64,000 bases of DNA from Antedon mediterranea (taxonomy: Eukaryota > Animalia > Echinodermata), in the NCBI RefSeq assembly GCF_964355755.1, contig NC_092673.1:25107648-25171647 (forward strand), read 5' to 3'. The notes beneath the pieces were generated by a model, which was given only the letters and a program-made list of their open reading frames with translations, searched no databases and was not told where the DNA came from. Below are positions 24,553-34,615 of the stretch, piece by piece (position 1 is the stretch's first letter; every line of letters begins with the position of its first letter). Made by a program: the position numbers and the translations under genes.

Positions 24553-27500
24553 ATGCCTTGGCTTCGGTTTGCCCTGTTAGCTATTTTAATTGTGTCAGCC
24601 GTAAGCGGCGAAACAGTGGAAAATGACGCAGAGAACATTAACTCGGTGTCCCGTCCTGACGCTAATTTGGAGAGTAAATCCGACAGTAGACCTGATATCA
24701 GCTTGAGTGAAAAAGAGCAACCATTGGTTGCTTCTCCTCCTCTGAATATAATTACTTCTGAAGGAACTGACAAAGTAAGAGCTTGCTGTAGACGTCGCAG
24801 AGTACGTCGATGCAGACGATGCCGCCGCCGATGTCATCGGTGTAGAAGACGACGTTGTCGATGTAGAAAACGAGTAGTACGCCGTCGATGTAGAAGACGA
24901 GTAGTACGCCGTCGATGTAGAAAACGAGTAGTACGCCGTCGATGTAGAAGACGAGTAGTACGTCGTCGTAGATGTGGTCGATGTAGAAGACGACGAGTAT
25001 GCTGTCGTTATCGACTGTTCCGAAAACGAGGCGCCTATTATCTCCGTGTACAATGCGGTAGGCGTGTCCGTGTAGTACGTGTAAAATGCCGAAGACGTGG
25101 TGGAAGGTTTTATTATTACTTTGGTGGAAGATGGAGGTTAGCTGGAAGATTTAGAGTACGCACTACGTACAGAGTGTGTTGGAGAAACAATCGTTTCTAC
25201 CTTCGTATACAATGTGGTAGACGTGTCCGTTATGTCCGTGTAAACTACAGAAGACGTGGTGGTAGATTGTTTTACTTTTACAGAGGAAGATGGATAAGAT
25301 TCAATCGATTTAGACGAAACGGAAGATGGGTAAGCTATCGTCGTTTTAGAATAAGAGTACGTACCACATACAGAGTTTGTTGGAGACGCAACCGCTTTTA
25401 CCTTCGTATACGATGTGGCAGACGTGTCCGTTATGTCCGTGTAAACTACAGAAGACGTGGTGGTAGATTGTTTTACCGTTACAGAGGAAGATGGATAAGA
25501 TTTAATCGCTTTAGACGAAACGGAAGATGGGTGAGCTATCGTCGTTTCAGAATAAGGGTACGTACCACATATAGAGTTTGCTGGAGACGCAACCGTTTCT
25601 ACCTTCGCATACGCTGTGGTAGACGTGTCCGATACGTCCATGTAAACTACAGAAGACGTGGTGGTAGATTGTTTTACCGTTACAGAGGAAGATGGATAAG
25701 ATTTAATCGCTTTAGACGAAACGGAAAATGGGTAAGCTATCGTCGTTTTAGAATAAGAGTACGTACCACATACAGAGTTTGTTGGAGACGCAACCGTTTC
25801 TATCTTCGTATCCGCTGTGGTAGACGTGTTCGATATGTCCGTGTAAACTACAGAAGACGTGGTGGTAGGTTGTTTTACCGTTACAAAGGAAGATGGATAA
25901 GATTTAACCGCTTTAGACGAAATGGAAAATGGGTAAGCTATCGTCGTTTTAGAGTACGTACCACATACAGAGTGTGCTGGAGACGCAACCGTTTCTACCT
26001 TCGTATACGCTGTGGTAGACGTGTCCGTTATGTCCGTGTAAACTACAGAAGACGTGGTGGTAGATTGTTTTACCGTTACAGAGGAAGATGGATAAGATTT
26101 AATCGCTTTAGACGAAACGGAAAATGGGTAAGCTATCGCCGTTTTAGAGTACGTACAACCTACAGAGTGTGCTGGAGACGCAACCGTTTTTACCTTCGTA
26201 TACGCTGTGGTAGACGTGTCCGTTATGTCCGTGTAAACTACAGAAGACGTGGTGGTAGATTGTTTTACCGTTACAGAGGAAGATGGATAAGATTTAATCG
26301 CTTTAGACGAAACGGAAAATGGGTAAGCTATCGTCGTTTTAGAGTACGTACAACCTACAGAGTGTGCTGGAGACGCAACCGTTTTTACCTTCGTATACGC
26401 TGTGGTAGACGTGTCCGTTATGTCCGTGTAAACTACAGAAGACGTGGTGGTAGATTGTTTTACCGTTACAGAGGAAGATGGATAAGATTTAATCGCTTTA
26501 GACGAAACGGAAAATGGGTAAGCTATCGTCGTTTTAGAGTACGTACCACCTACAGAGTGTGCTGGAGACGCAACCGTTTCTACCTTCGTATACGCTGTGG
26601 TAGACGTGTCCGTTATGTCCGTGTAAACTACAGAAGACGTGGTGGTAGATTGTTTTACCGTTACAGAGGAAGATGGATAAGATTTAATCGCTTTAGACGA
26701 AACGGAAAATGGGTAAGCTATCGCCGTTTTAGAGTACGTACCACCTACAGAGTGTGCTGGAGACGCAACCGTTTCTACCTTCGAATACGCTGTGGTAGAC
26801 GTGTCCGTTATGTCCGTGTAAACTACAGAAGACGTGGTGGTAGATTGTTTTACCGTTACAGAAGAAGATGGATAAGATTTAACCGCTTTAGACGAAACGG
26901 AAAATGGGTAAGCTATCGTCGTTTTAGAGTACGTACCACCCACAGAGTGTGCTGGAGACGCAACCGTTTCTACCTTCGTATACGCTGTGGTAGACGTGTC
27001 CGTTTTGTCCGTGTAAACTACAGAAGACGTGGTGGTAGATTGTTTTACCGTTACAGAGGAAGATGGATAAGATTTAATCGCTTTAGACGAAACGGAAAAT
27101 GGGTGAGCTATCGTCGTTTTAAAATAAGAGTACGTACCACATACAGAGTTTGCTGGAGACGCAACCGTTTCTACCTTCGTATACGCTGTGGTAGACGTGT
27201 CCGTTATGTCCGTGTAAACTACAGAAGACGTGGTGGTAGATTGTTTTACAGTTACAGAGGAAGATGGATAAGATTTAATCGCTTTAGACGAAACGGAAAA
27301 TGGGTGAGCTATCGTCGTTTTAAAATAAGAGTACGTACCACATACAGAGTTTGCTGGAGACGCAACCGTTTCTACCTTCGTATACGCTGTGGTAGACGTG
27401 TCCGTTATGTCCGTGTAAACTACAGAAGACGTGGTGGTAGATTGTTTTACCGTTACAGAGGAAGATGGATAAGATTTAATCGCTTTAGACGAAACGGAAA

Positions 27501-28326
27501 ATGGGTAAGCTATCGTCGTTTTAGAATAAGAGTACGTACCACATACAGAGTTTGTTGGAGACGCAACCGTTTCTATCTTCGTATCCGCTGTGGTAGACGT
27601 GTTCGATATGTCCGTGTAAACTACAGAAGACGTGGTGGTAGATTGTTTTACTTTTACAGAGGGAGATGGATAAGATTCAATCGATTTAGACGAAACGGAA
27701 AATGGGTAAGCTATCGTCGTTTTAGAATAAGAGTACGCACCACATACAGAGTATGTTGGAGACACAACCGTTTCTACCTTCGAGTACAATGTGGCAGACG
27801 TATCCGTTATGTCCGTATAAACTACAGAAGACGTGGAGGTAGATTGTATTACTATTATGGTGGAAGATGGAGAATATTTTCCCGCTACAGAAGAAACGGA
27901 AGGTGGGTAAGCTGTCGGCATTTCAGAATAAGAGTTCGCACCACATATAGCGTATGTAGGAGAAACAACCGTTTCTATCTCCGTGTATGCCGTGGTAAAA
28001 GTATTCGTTATGTCCGTGTAAACTATCGTAAACGTGGTGGTATATTGTATTACTACTATGGTGGAAAATGGATAAGGTTTAACCGCTTCAGAAGAAACGG
28101 AGGATGGGTGAGCTGCTCGAGCTTCATTTCTAGTTCTTCAGGTGGTTCAAGTTCAAGCGGTGGTAGCTCTTCAGTATCAGGTGGTGGCTCAGTCTCCGGT
28201 GGTGGCTCAGTCTCAGGTGGTGGCTCAAGCTCAAGCCACTCTTCAACTTCAACTCACACTGTTAAAACTGCTGGTGGGACGGTAACTACCTATACAAAAA
28301 CATATTCCTCTGAATCATCTGCTTAA
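24553..28326 (+). CDS. Secreted Arg/Tyr/Phe/Trp/Cys-rich tandem-repeat protein (signal peptide, acidic pro-segment, Cys-Arg tract, 15 x 65/67-aa cationic repeats, Gly/Ser tail)
   Basis: Uninterrupted 1257-aa ORF. Signal peptide MPWLRFALLAILIVSAVSG. Many repeat differences are synonymous. aataaa at 28391. Confidence 0.88.
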   Translation: MPWLRFALLAILIVSAVSGETVENDAENINSVSRPDANLESKSDSRPDISLSEKEQPLVASPPLNIITSEGTDKVRACCRRRRVRRCRRCRRRCHRCRRRRCRCRKRVVRRRCRRRVVRRRCRKRVVRRRCRRRVVRRRRCGRCRRRRVCCRYRLFRKRGAYYLRVQCGRRVRVVRVKCRRRGGRFYYYFGGRWRLAGRFRVRTTYRVCWRNNRFYLRIQCGRRVRYVRVNYRRRGGRLFYFYRGRWIRFNRFRRNGRWVSYRRFRIRVRTTYRVCWRRNRFYLRIRCGRRVRYVRVNYRRRGGRLFYRYRGRWIRFNRFRRNGRWVSYRRFRIRVRTTYRVCWRRNRFYLRIRCGRRVRYVHVNYRRRGGRLFYRYRGRWIRFNRFRRNGKWVSYRRFRIRVRTTYRVCWRRNRFYLRIRCGRRVRYVRVNYRRRGGRLFYRYKGRWIRFNRFRRNGKWVSYRRFRVRTTYRVCWRRNRFYLRIRCGRRVRYVRVNYRRRGGRLFYRYRGRWIRFNRFRRNGKWVSYRRFRVRTTYRVCWRRNRFYLRIRCGRRVRYVRVNYRRRGGRLFYRYRGRWIRFNRFRRNGKWVSYRRFRVRTTYRVCWRRNRFYLRIRCGRRVRYVRVNYRRRGGRLFYRYRGRWIRFNRFRRNGKWVSYRRFRVRTTYRVCWRRNRFYLRIRCGRRVRYVRVNYRRRGGRLFYRYRGRWIRFNRFRRNGKWVSYRRFRVRTTYRVCWRRNRFYLRIRCGRRVRYVRVNYRRRGGRLFYRYRRRWIRFNRFRRNGKWVSYRRFRVRTTHRVCWRRNRFYLRIRCGRRVRFVRVNYRRRGGRLFYRYRGRWIRFNRFRRNGKWVSYRRFKIRVRTTYRVCWRRNRFYLRIRCGRRVRYVRVNYRRRGGRLFYSYRGRWIRFNRFRRNGKWVSYRRFKIRVRTTYRVCWRRNRFYLRIRCGRRVRYVRVNYRRRGGRLFYRYRGRWIRFNRFRRNGKWVSYRRFRIRVRTTYRVCWRRNRFYLRIRCGRRVRYVRVNYRRRGGRLFYFYRGRWIRFNRFRRNGKWVSYRRFRIRVRTTYRVCWRHNRFYLRVQCGRRIRYVRINYRRRGGRLYYYYGGRWRIFSRYRRNGRWVSCRHFRIRVRTTYSVCRRNNRFYLRVCRGKSIRYVRVNYRKRGGILYYYYGGKWIRFNRFRRNGGWVSCSSFISSSSGGSSSSGGSSSVSGGGSVSGGGSVSGGGSSSSHSSTSTHTVKTAGGTVTTYTKTYSSESSA
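25153..28116 (+). repeat. 195/201-bp coding tandem repeat, 15 units
   Basis: agagtacgtac starts at 25951, 26146 and 26341 (195-bp period). 201-bp variants carry an extra RI/KI. Confidence 0.95.
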
Positions 28327-28610
28327 GTGAGACTACCGATATAAATAATTATTAAAAGAAGTCTTTCTGTACATAATTATGTTATAAGCTAATAAATTTC
28401 ATTAAGAATACTATTAGCAGTAATTTTGTTTTCATTATTTTGACTCGTTTCTGGTTCAGCCCTACCTCCATCGCCTTTGTTAACATAAATGCAATTATTT
28501 GTCGTCCTCCTTCTATTACCTAAAAGGCTGGAATACCACGTCGTCTCTTGATACATTGAAATCGTTTTTTTCTTATTCAAGCACCAACCTAACTTCGCTA
28601 AACAAATTGA

Positions 28611-28710
28611 AACAAGGCCATATACATGGCTGCAGTCGCGTGCTCAAGTTAGTGTTTACCAACCAACCGACCGACCGACGAACTGACCGACATAGTGAGC
28701 TGTAGAGCAA
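28611..28710 (+). mobile_element. Short relative of the 10811 HINE-like element
   Basis: acaaggcc...agtcgcgtgct...accgaccgac...gacatagtgagctgtagag matches both ends of 10811-11584. Confidence 0.55.
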
Positions 28711-29869
28711 AACAACAGGCCTACACGCATAGAGGCAGTTTTCCATTAGCATTGTTAGCAAATATATTTTTGCGAATCAAATATTGTTTAGTTCTGATTT
28801 GTTGCGTTATTTTTTCACGTCACAAAAATAAGCATGCGCTTTAGTCAACGTTTTTGATTCACTTGAATAAATTCGCCTAATGGAATACAGTCTTTAGATG
28901 AGTTATATAAACTATCCTTCGGCAATAAGCCCTCATGATTGAAGTCTCGCTACACTTTATGAGACAGAATAGAAAATAAACTAAATAAAAGTAAAGTAAA
29001 ACAAAACAAATCTAGACTGAAGTAAATCAAAATACAGATTTGCAAAGCAGTAACGTACTAGGCCTATAAAAAGATCATGGCTGAAGGTGGCTTAAGAACA
29101 GAAAACAGAGTTGTGGAATTGTGGCAAACTAACAAATGTATCCATAATAAATCGAACAAGCAAAAGTTATAGAACTACAGCTGTGTAATACTATTTGGTC
29201 GATGCAGATAATGTGCTACGGTACTTGTTGTAATGACGGTGTTTCACTTATATTACCTACTATAACGAAATTATAGACCTCAAAATACAAATTCCAATAT
29301 AGGATATTAAACAAGGTGATAATACAATTAAATGATTACACTGTTGGCTATTCAAATCATATTCAAAATTAAAACACAATACAACAAACAATCACATCAA
29401 TTAGGCCTAAACGACCAAGAAGCATTGGTCTGAAGTTCGTTCAGACTTAGTCATTATGTTCCTCTGTGGTTACACGTGACACGCGACGGGTTGTGTCGGT
29501 GTGTGGTGGTGGTTTTGAAGCATATTGATATACCTATTAGGGTGATTATGCCAAGCCTCCTAGGCCTAGCCTAGCTACACTACTACTAGCTAGGTATCGA
29601 GCCGGTCTGATTATTTTGGCCGCTGTTTATGAACGCCTACATGATGAACTTTTATAATTTACTCACCATCGGTTTTACGTACAAGGGTTATGCCGGTGGA
29701 TTACTCTAAACATCATCGTCTTTATTCACCAAAAAATCACCGCGATCGTATGAAACAAGCACGAATGTGCAATACTCGGGGTACAGCGAAAGAAGCTGTA
29801 ATGACGTAACTGTAACGTCACATACACATCAATAACCGCGCTACCAAATACGGCTATACGGTACCATCA

Positions 29870-30940
29870 TCTCAGTCTGGTGTTCCTCAGGGATCAGTTT
29901 TAGGTCCCATGTTATTTAATATCTTTGTTTTTGATATGCCAGCTGTTATCTCATCTCATATATTGCAATATGCAGATGATACAGTTGTATATAGAGCTAT
30001 TAGATCTCCTGAAAACCATCAGTCACTTCATAATGATTTAACCTGTATTCTTCAATGGAGCATAACCAATAAAATGCTTCTGAATTCAACAAAATGTAAA
30101 TGTATGCGCATAACAAGGTCATCTAGGTTAAGTAAACTTGGTAATAATTATAAAATAGGGGTTGACACCTTCAGCCAGGTTACCTCATACAAGTACATTG
30201 GGGTAACTTTTACGTCAAAATTAGATTGGGGATTACATGTGTCTCAGACAAGATCAAAAGCTTCGAAATTAATTCAATTCAATTCAATTCACATTTATTT
30301 ACTCATCGTTTATAAATACAGTTTCATAGCATAAATGATGGCAAGGATCCTGCATAGAGAAGTTTACACTTCTGTTTTCGCAGGACCCTTTTACATAAAA
30401 AAACATAAAACAATAAACACAACATAATAGATACAAAATAAAAAAAAAACATTTCCTATATACATTTTAGAGTTGTTCATCATCAAAAAGCGATACTGTT
30501 TTTCTAACATGATTATTTATACATTTTGTCTTAAAAAAGAAGATATTTATTAAGCGCATTGTTCGTTGCAGCAGGGACACTATTGTAATTCCAAAATTAT
30601 TCTGTGCTATTGTACGTCCGATTATTGAATATGGTATACCTGCTTGGTTACCTTACCAAAAAGGACATCTCTACTCATTGGAACAAGCCCAACGCCGAAT
30701 GACTAAAATTTGTTTCTATGAGAACGATATTTCCTATGAACGACGTCTTAATGTTTTAGGATTAAGTTCACTTGAAAAACTTTCCAACTCTTATCCATGT
30801 CATTTATTGTCAAATGTCTTTATGGCATATATACTGTGGACATTTTAAACCATATTTCAATCAACCCTCGTCACGGTGATCATCTCATATTTGTACACCC
30901 TTTCGCCCGGACAAATTCTTTAAAATACTCAATTTTCCAC
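29870..30940 (+). mobile_element. 5'-truncated LINE RT fragment (continues after 41733)
   Basis: SGVPQGSVLGPMLFNIF, QYADD, YKYIGV, VRPIIEYG..AW. Ends FARTNSLKYS and resumes FPRAWEELP at ~41735. Confidence 0.85.
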
Positions 30941-31920
30941 ATTTTGCTACTCGGAGACAGCGACGATTAACAAACTCATAGAATACTAAATAAAGATGCA
31001 TACAACATAAGTTCTGGCTTAAATAGTTTATTAGTAAATGAACATTCGCCCATGTAAAACTGCACATAAAAGTCATAAGCAAATATAAGTTATATATAGC
31101 AATAATTTTCCAATTCTAAGTAAGCACAACAGGGATGCTCAGAGAAAAAATAGCCCTTATTTAAGTGTCTAAATATTGGGCGGGAGGGAGGGAAATTTGT
31201 CTTCAACTTAAAGTGATCGTGTTAACAGAGAGCGTGCTTGATCAAAGAGGTCGAAAACCCGCCCTCTCCGTTCTCAAAATAGAATTGTGTTCACAACCCA
31301 ATTCTTGATTTTTGCTACTCGGAGACAGCGACGATTAACAAACTCATAGAATACTAAATAAAGATGCATACAACATAAGTTCTGGCTTAAATAGTTTATT
31401 AGTAAATGAACATTCGCCCATGTAAAACTGCACATAAAAGTCATAAGCAAATATAAGTTATATATAGCAATAATTTTCCAATTCTAAGTAAGCACAACAG
31501 GGATGCTCAGAGAAAAAATAGCCCGCGGCAGGTGCCAAGGCACCGCCAAGAGCAGCCCACCAAAGTGCAGGAAACAAGGAAGAATGTTCATTTACCCACT
31601 TGAAACTGAGATTTTAAAAAAAAAAAAAAAAAAATGGTTCAACCAGGACTCCCTGGGAAAGTCTCCAAAGAAAAAAAAAAGAAATCACCATTAATACAAC
31701 GATGCTCCCCATGAAAGTATACGCAGATACTTCATGGCAGTATGTTGAGCATCAGCACCTTCCACCCAAGGCTAATCCGAGGGCTCCACTACCGTGCACT
31801 GCAATGGGAGCAAAGTTGTACTAACATATCGCCAATAAACAATACTGAAAGAGAGAAACAAAAAAAAACGTAAATAGTCGCGTGGATGTAAGTGAGTTAT
31901 AATGTAAATTTACATTTTTA

Positions 31921-32830
31921 TTAGTCATTACTAAGGGTTATGCAGTGGGGTCGGATATACCGTTTATATGCGTCGCTTTTCCATCTTCCGGTAGCTTTAA
32001 TTTCTTGTTCATCTGCGCCCAGGTCCCTAAGTTGCGTGGCCCTTCCGATTCTGAACGAGTGTGTGTTGTACCGGGTGTGGTCTAAGTTGGCGTGTAACGC
32101 GGCTTCTTTTAACGTATGACTTAAATGTTTCCTAAGTAGTGGAGCTCTAGTTTGAAATATGAAAAATTGCCCCCGAGTCGTAGGCCTGATCGAATTGTAA
32201 TCCTGTAACGCTTTTACCGGGCATAATATGCTGTTTCCTTTTTTGTTAATGCTGAAATGTTGGGAATCGCCCTTGTGGTGTTTGAAGGAGTTAAATTGGA
32301 AGGTGACCTTGGTGTGTGAGATGGTAATGTCGCGAAGTTTTAGGACGTGTTCCGGATTATTGGTCCGTACCATTTCACTTGCCCTCGCACAAGCGTAGTA
32401 ACAGGTGAGGAACAAAGCTTTATAAAGTTTCCTTTCGTATTCGTTGCTCTTAATAAAATTGAGTTGAGAGAGAAGCTTCTCCATTATGGTAGTGGTAACC
32501 GGGTAAAGGCGTCGGCGGCGGCTGGCAACGTTGTATAGCTTCCCAGCACCTCTTGTGACAATAGTTAACAATGGTATGTTAGTAGGGTCTGGATTGTTGG
32601 TAATTTTGTGCATGAATGCAATGGCACTTAGATACGTTCTTATGGTATTTTGGTTGAGACCTGTCCGAAAGAGGTGGCAGACGAATAGTGAGATGTGGGG
32701 TGGTGAGATAGGCATTTGATGTGGTAGGTGGTGGCTTTGTAGGAACATAAGTAAGATTGACCACGCCCTGTTGTATGATTTTCTGGTTCCAGTCGTGACG
32801 GAAGCTCGTATCAGGTTTTCTTGAATGCAG
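31921..32830 (-). CDS. Tyrosine recombinase of the DIRS/Ngaro element
   Basis: ACARASE (catalytic Arg), CPV, HSFRIGRAT (H-x-x-R) and GRWKSDAYKRY (Trp, catalytic Tyr). Confidence 0.92.
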
Positions 32831-34610
32831 CGAAGTTCTCTGGTAGCAGATGTGGTGGTATTGTTAATGGGTTTTGATGCATTCCGAATTGTTTGAGAAG
32901 TTTTTTTTGTTACCTGTGAACGGGAAATTGCATCACTTAGTACATTTTTAATACCTGGTATATGCCTGGCGGTTAGATGTATATTATGTGTAAGTAGTAC
33001 TAATACTAACGGCCTGATTATGCGCATTACATCAGAATTAGAACTAGTTTTGTTGTTAACATGATAGACATTGGGTAGGTTATCGGTGTGAAATACTACA
33101 TGAGTGTTGGCCAGTTGGCTTGAGTACAGTGATATCATGAGATAAATAGGGTACATTTCTAAGACCATTATATCTAACTTCTTCCAACGTTCTGGCCATA
33201 TACCGTGTACCCACGTAGCCCCAAATGTAGCACCAAATTCCCTTTTGGAAGCATCTGAAAAGAAGTGAAGGCATTCAGAGTCCTTTTTTGGTAGTACGTT
33301 GATGATAGTGGTTCCATTGTATTGGTCAAGAAATTGTATCCAAATTTTCAAGTCTTCACGTACTCCTTGGGTAATACGTATTTTTGAGTCGGGATTTGTC
33401 TGACCTTTTGTGAGTGTATATAGTCTTGTAAGGAAAGCCCTGCCGGTCTTAATAACGCACGTGGCGAACTGAAGTTTTCCGGTAAGAGATTGAAGTTCTC
33501 GGAGTGTTATGTAATGTGAACTCGACCATTTTTTTACTTCGGACCTATACTTTTCTAGTTTGTCCTTGGGTAATCTGGCTACCATAGCTCGCGTATCCAG
33601 TTCGATCCCTAAAAAGGTTAATTTTGTAGTTGGCTCCACTGTTTTGTGAGGAGAGAGAGGAAGGCCAATGGCATCTGATAAGGCAATGAGATTGTTAAGG
33701 TACCTTTGGCACTCATGTTTTGTATCGCCTATAAGCAGGAAATCGTCTAATACCTTGACTACGTTTTTTCATGCTAGTTTATTTGTCAGTATCCATTTTA
33801 TTCCGTCTGAAAACGATTCAAAAATTCTACAAGAGGATCCACACCCTTGTGGGAGGACCTTATCGTAGTACAGTTTGTTTCTCCAAGAAAACCCGGTAAG
33901 GTGATACTGTGTTTTGTGCAGGGGAATGAGCCGGAAAGCATCTTGAATATCGCTTTTGGATAGGTAGGCTGGGTAGGTGGATTTTTGAATGATATTTACG
34001 GCTGTGGATATATTTTCGTAGTGGACTGTTTTGTAGTGTTGAGGAATATTATGATTCACTGATCTTTCGTCGTGCGGATATGATAAGTTATGAATTAATC
34101 TGTATTTTCCTGCAACGGATTTCTCCCTCAAACTTAGTGGTGACGATTTGAAATGTAGAAATGGGGGCGAATCGAATGGGCCAGCGATACGCCCTGTAGC
34201 AATCTCTTTAGCAATCATCGGTTGGATAATTTGAGGTTTCTGTAATGCCGATGCTGAATTTTTTGCAGTAAAACCGGCTTCAGGACCGTCGTAATTCAGG
34301 AAAAAACCATTTTTAAAGCCGGAAATGAGGTAATCTTTGTTGGAACATCCCGAGAGAAGGGTTTCGAGTTTATCTACCCTTAGGGGGGTTGGCAGTGGGG
34401 TTAGCAGGGGATGTTGTTGTTGTTGATGGGTGTCGTGATTGATTTGTATCTCGTTTGCACAGGAAATATGGGTGTGGCCTGTCTTCGGAGCATTTAAAGC
34501 ATTTATGAGAGAACTTACAGCGGTATGGTTGTGAGCACTTTCGCGCTGGGGTGTGGTATGCTTGGCAGTATCCGAGTGGTATTTTAGACAAGTTCTATTT
34601 CCTCTGAAAT
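32800..34610 (-). pseudogene. DIRS-type pol (RT + RNase H) with one in-frame TGA at 33769-33771
   Basis: KYRLIHNLS, KSDIQDAFRLIP, LPQG, VLDDF (read through the TGA), FLGIELD, FSDAS, HTDN and HIPGIKNVLSDAISR. Confidence 0.9.
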
Positions 34611-34615
34611 ATGAT

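Noticed and set aside
25138-27921. 927-aa Ser/Thr/Val-rich antisense ORF (mucin-like look)
   Set aside because: It is the reverse-strand shadow of a tandem repeat: one stop-free unit makes the whole array open. It has no signal peptide or gene context, whereas the plus strand has both.
31921-32830. Phage integrase / bacterial contamination
   Set aside because: The recombinase sits with DIRS-type gag, RT and RNase H between split direct repeats in intron-rich animal DNA.
33769-33771. In-frame TGA in pol as programmed readthrough or selenocysteine
   Set aside because: The element has other lesions (broken gag, large insertion), so a simple nonsense mutation is the more economical explanation.
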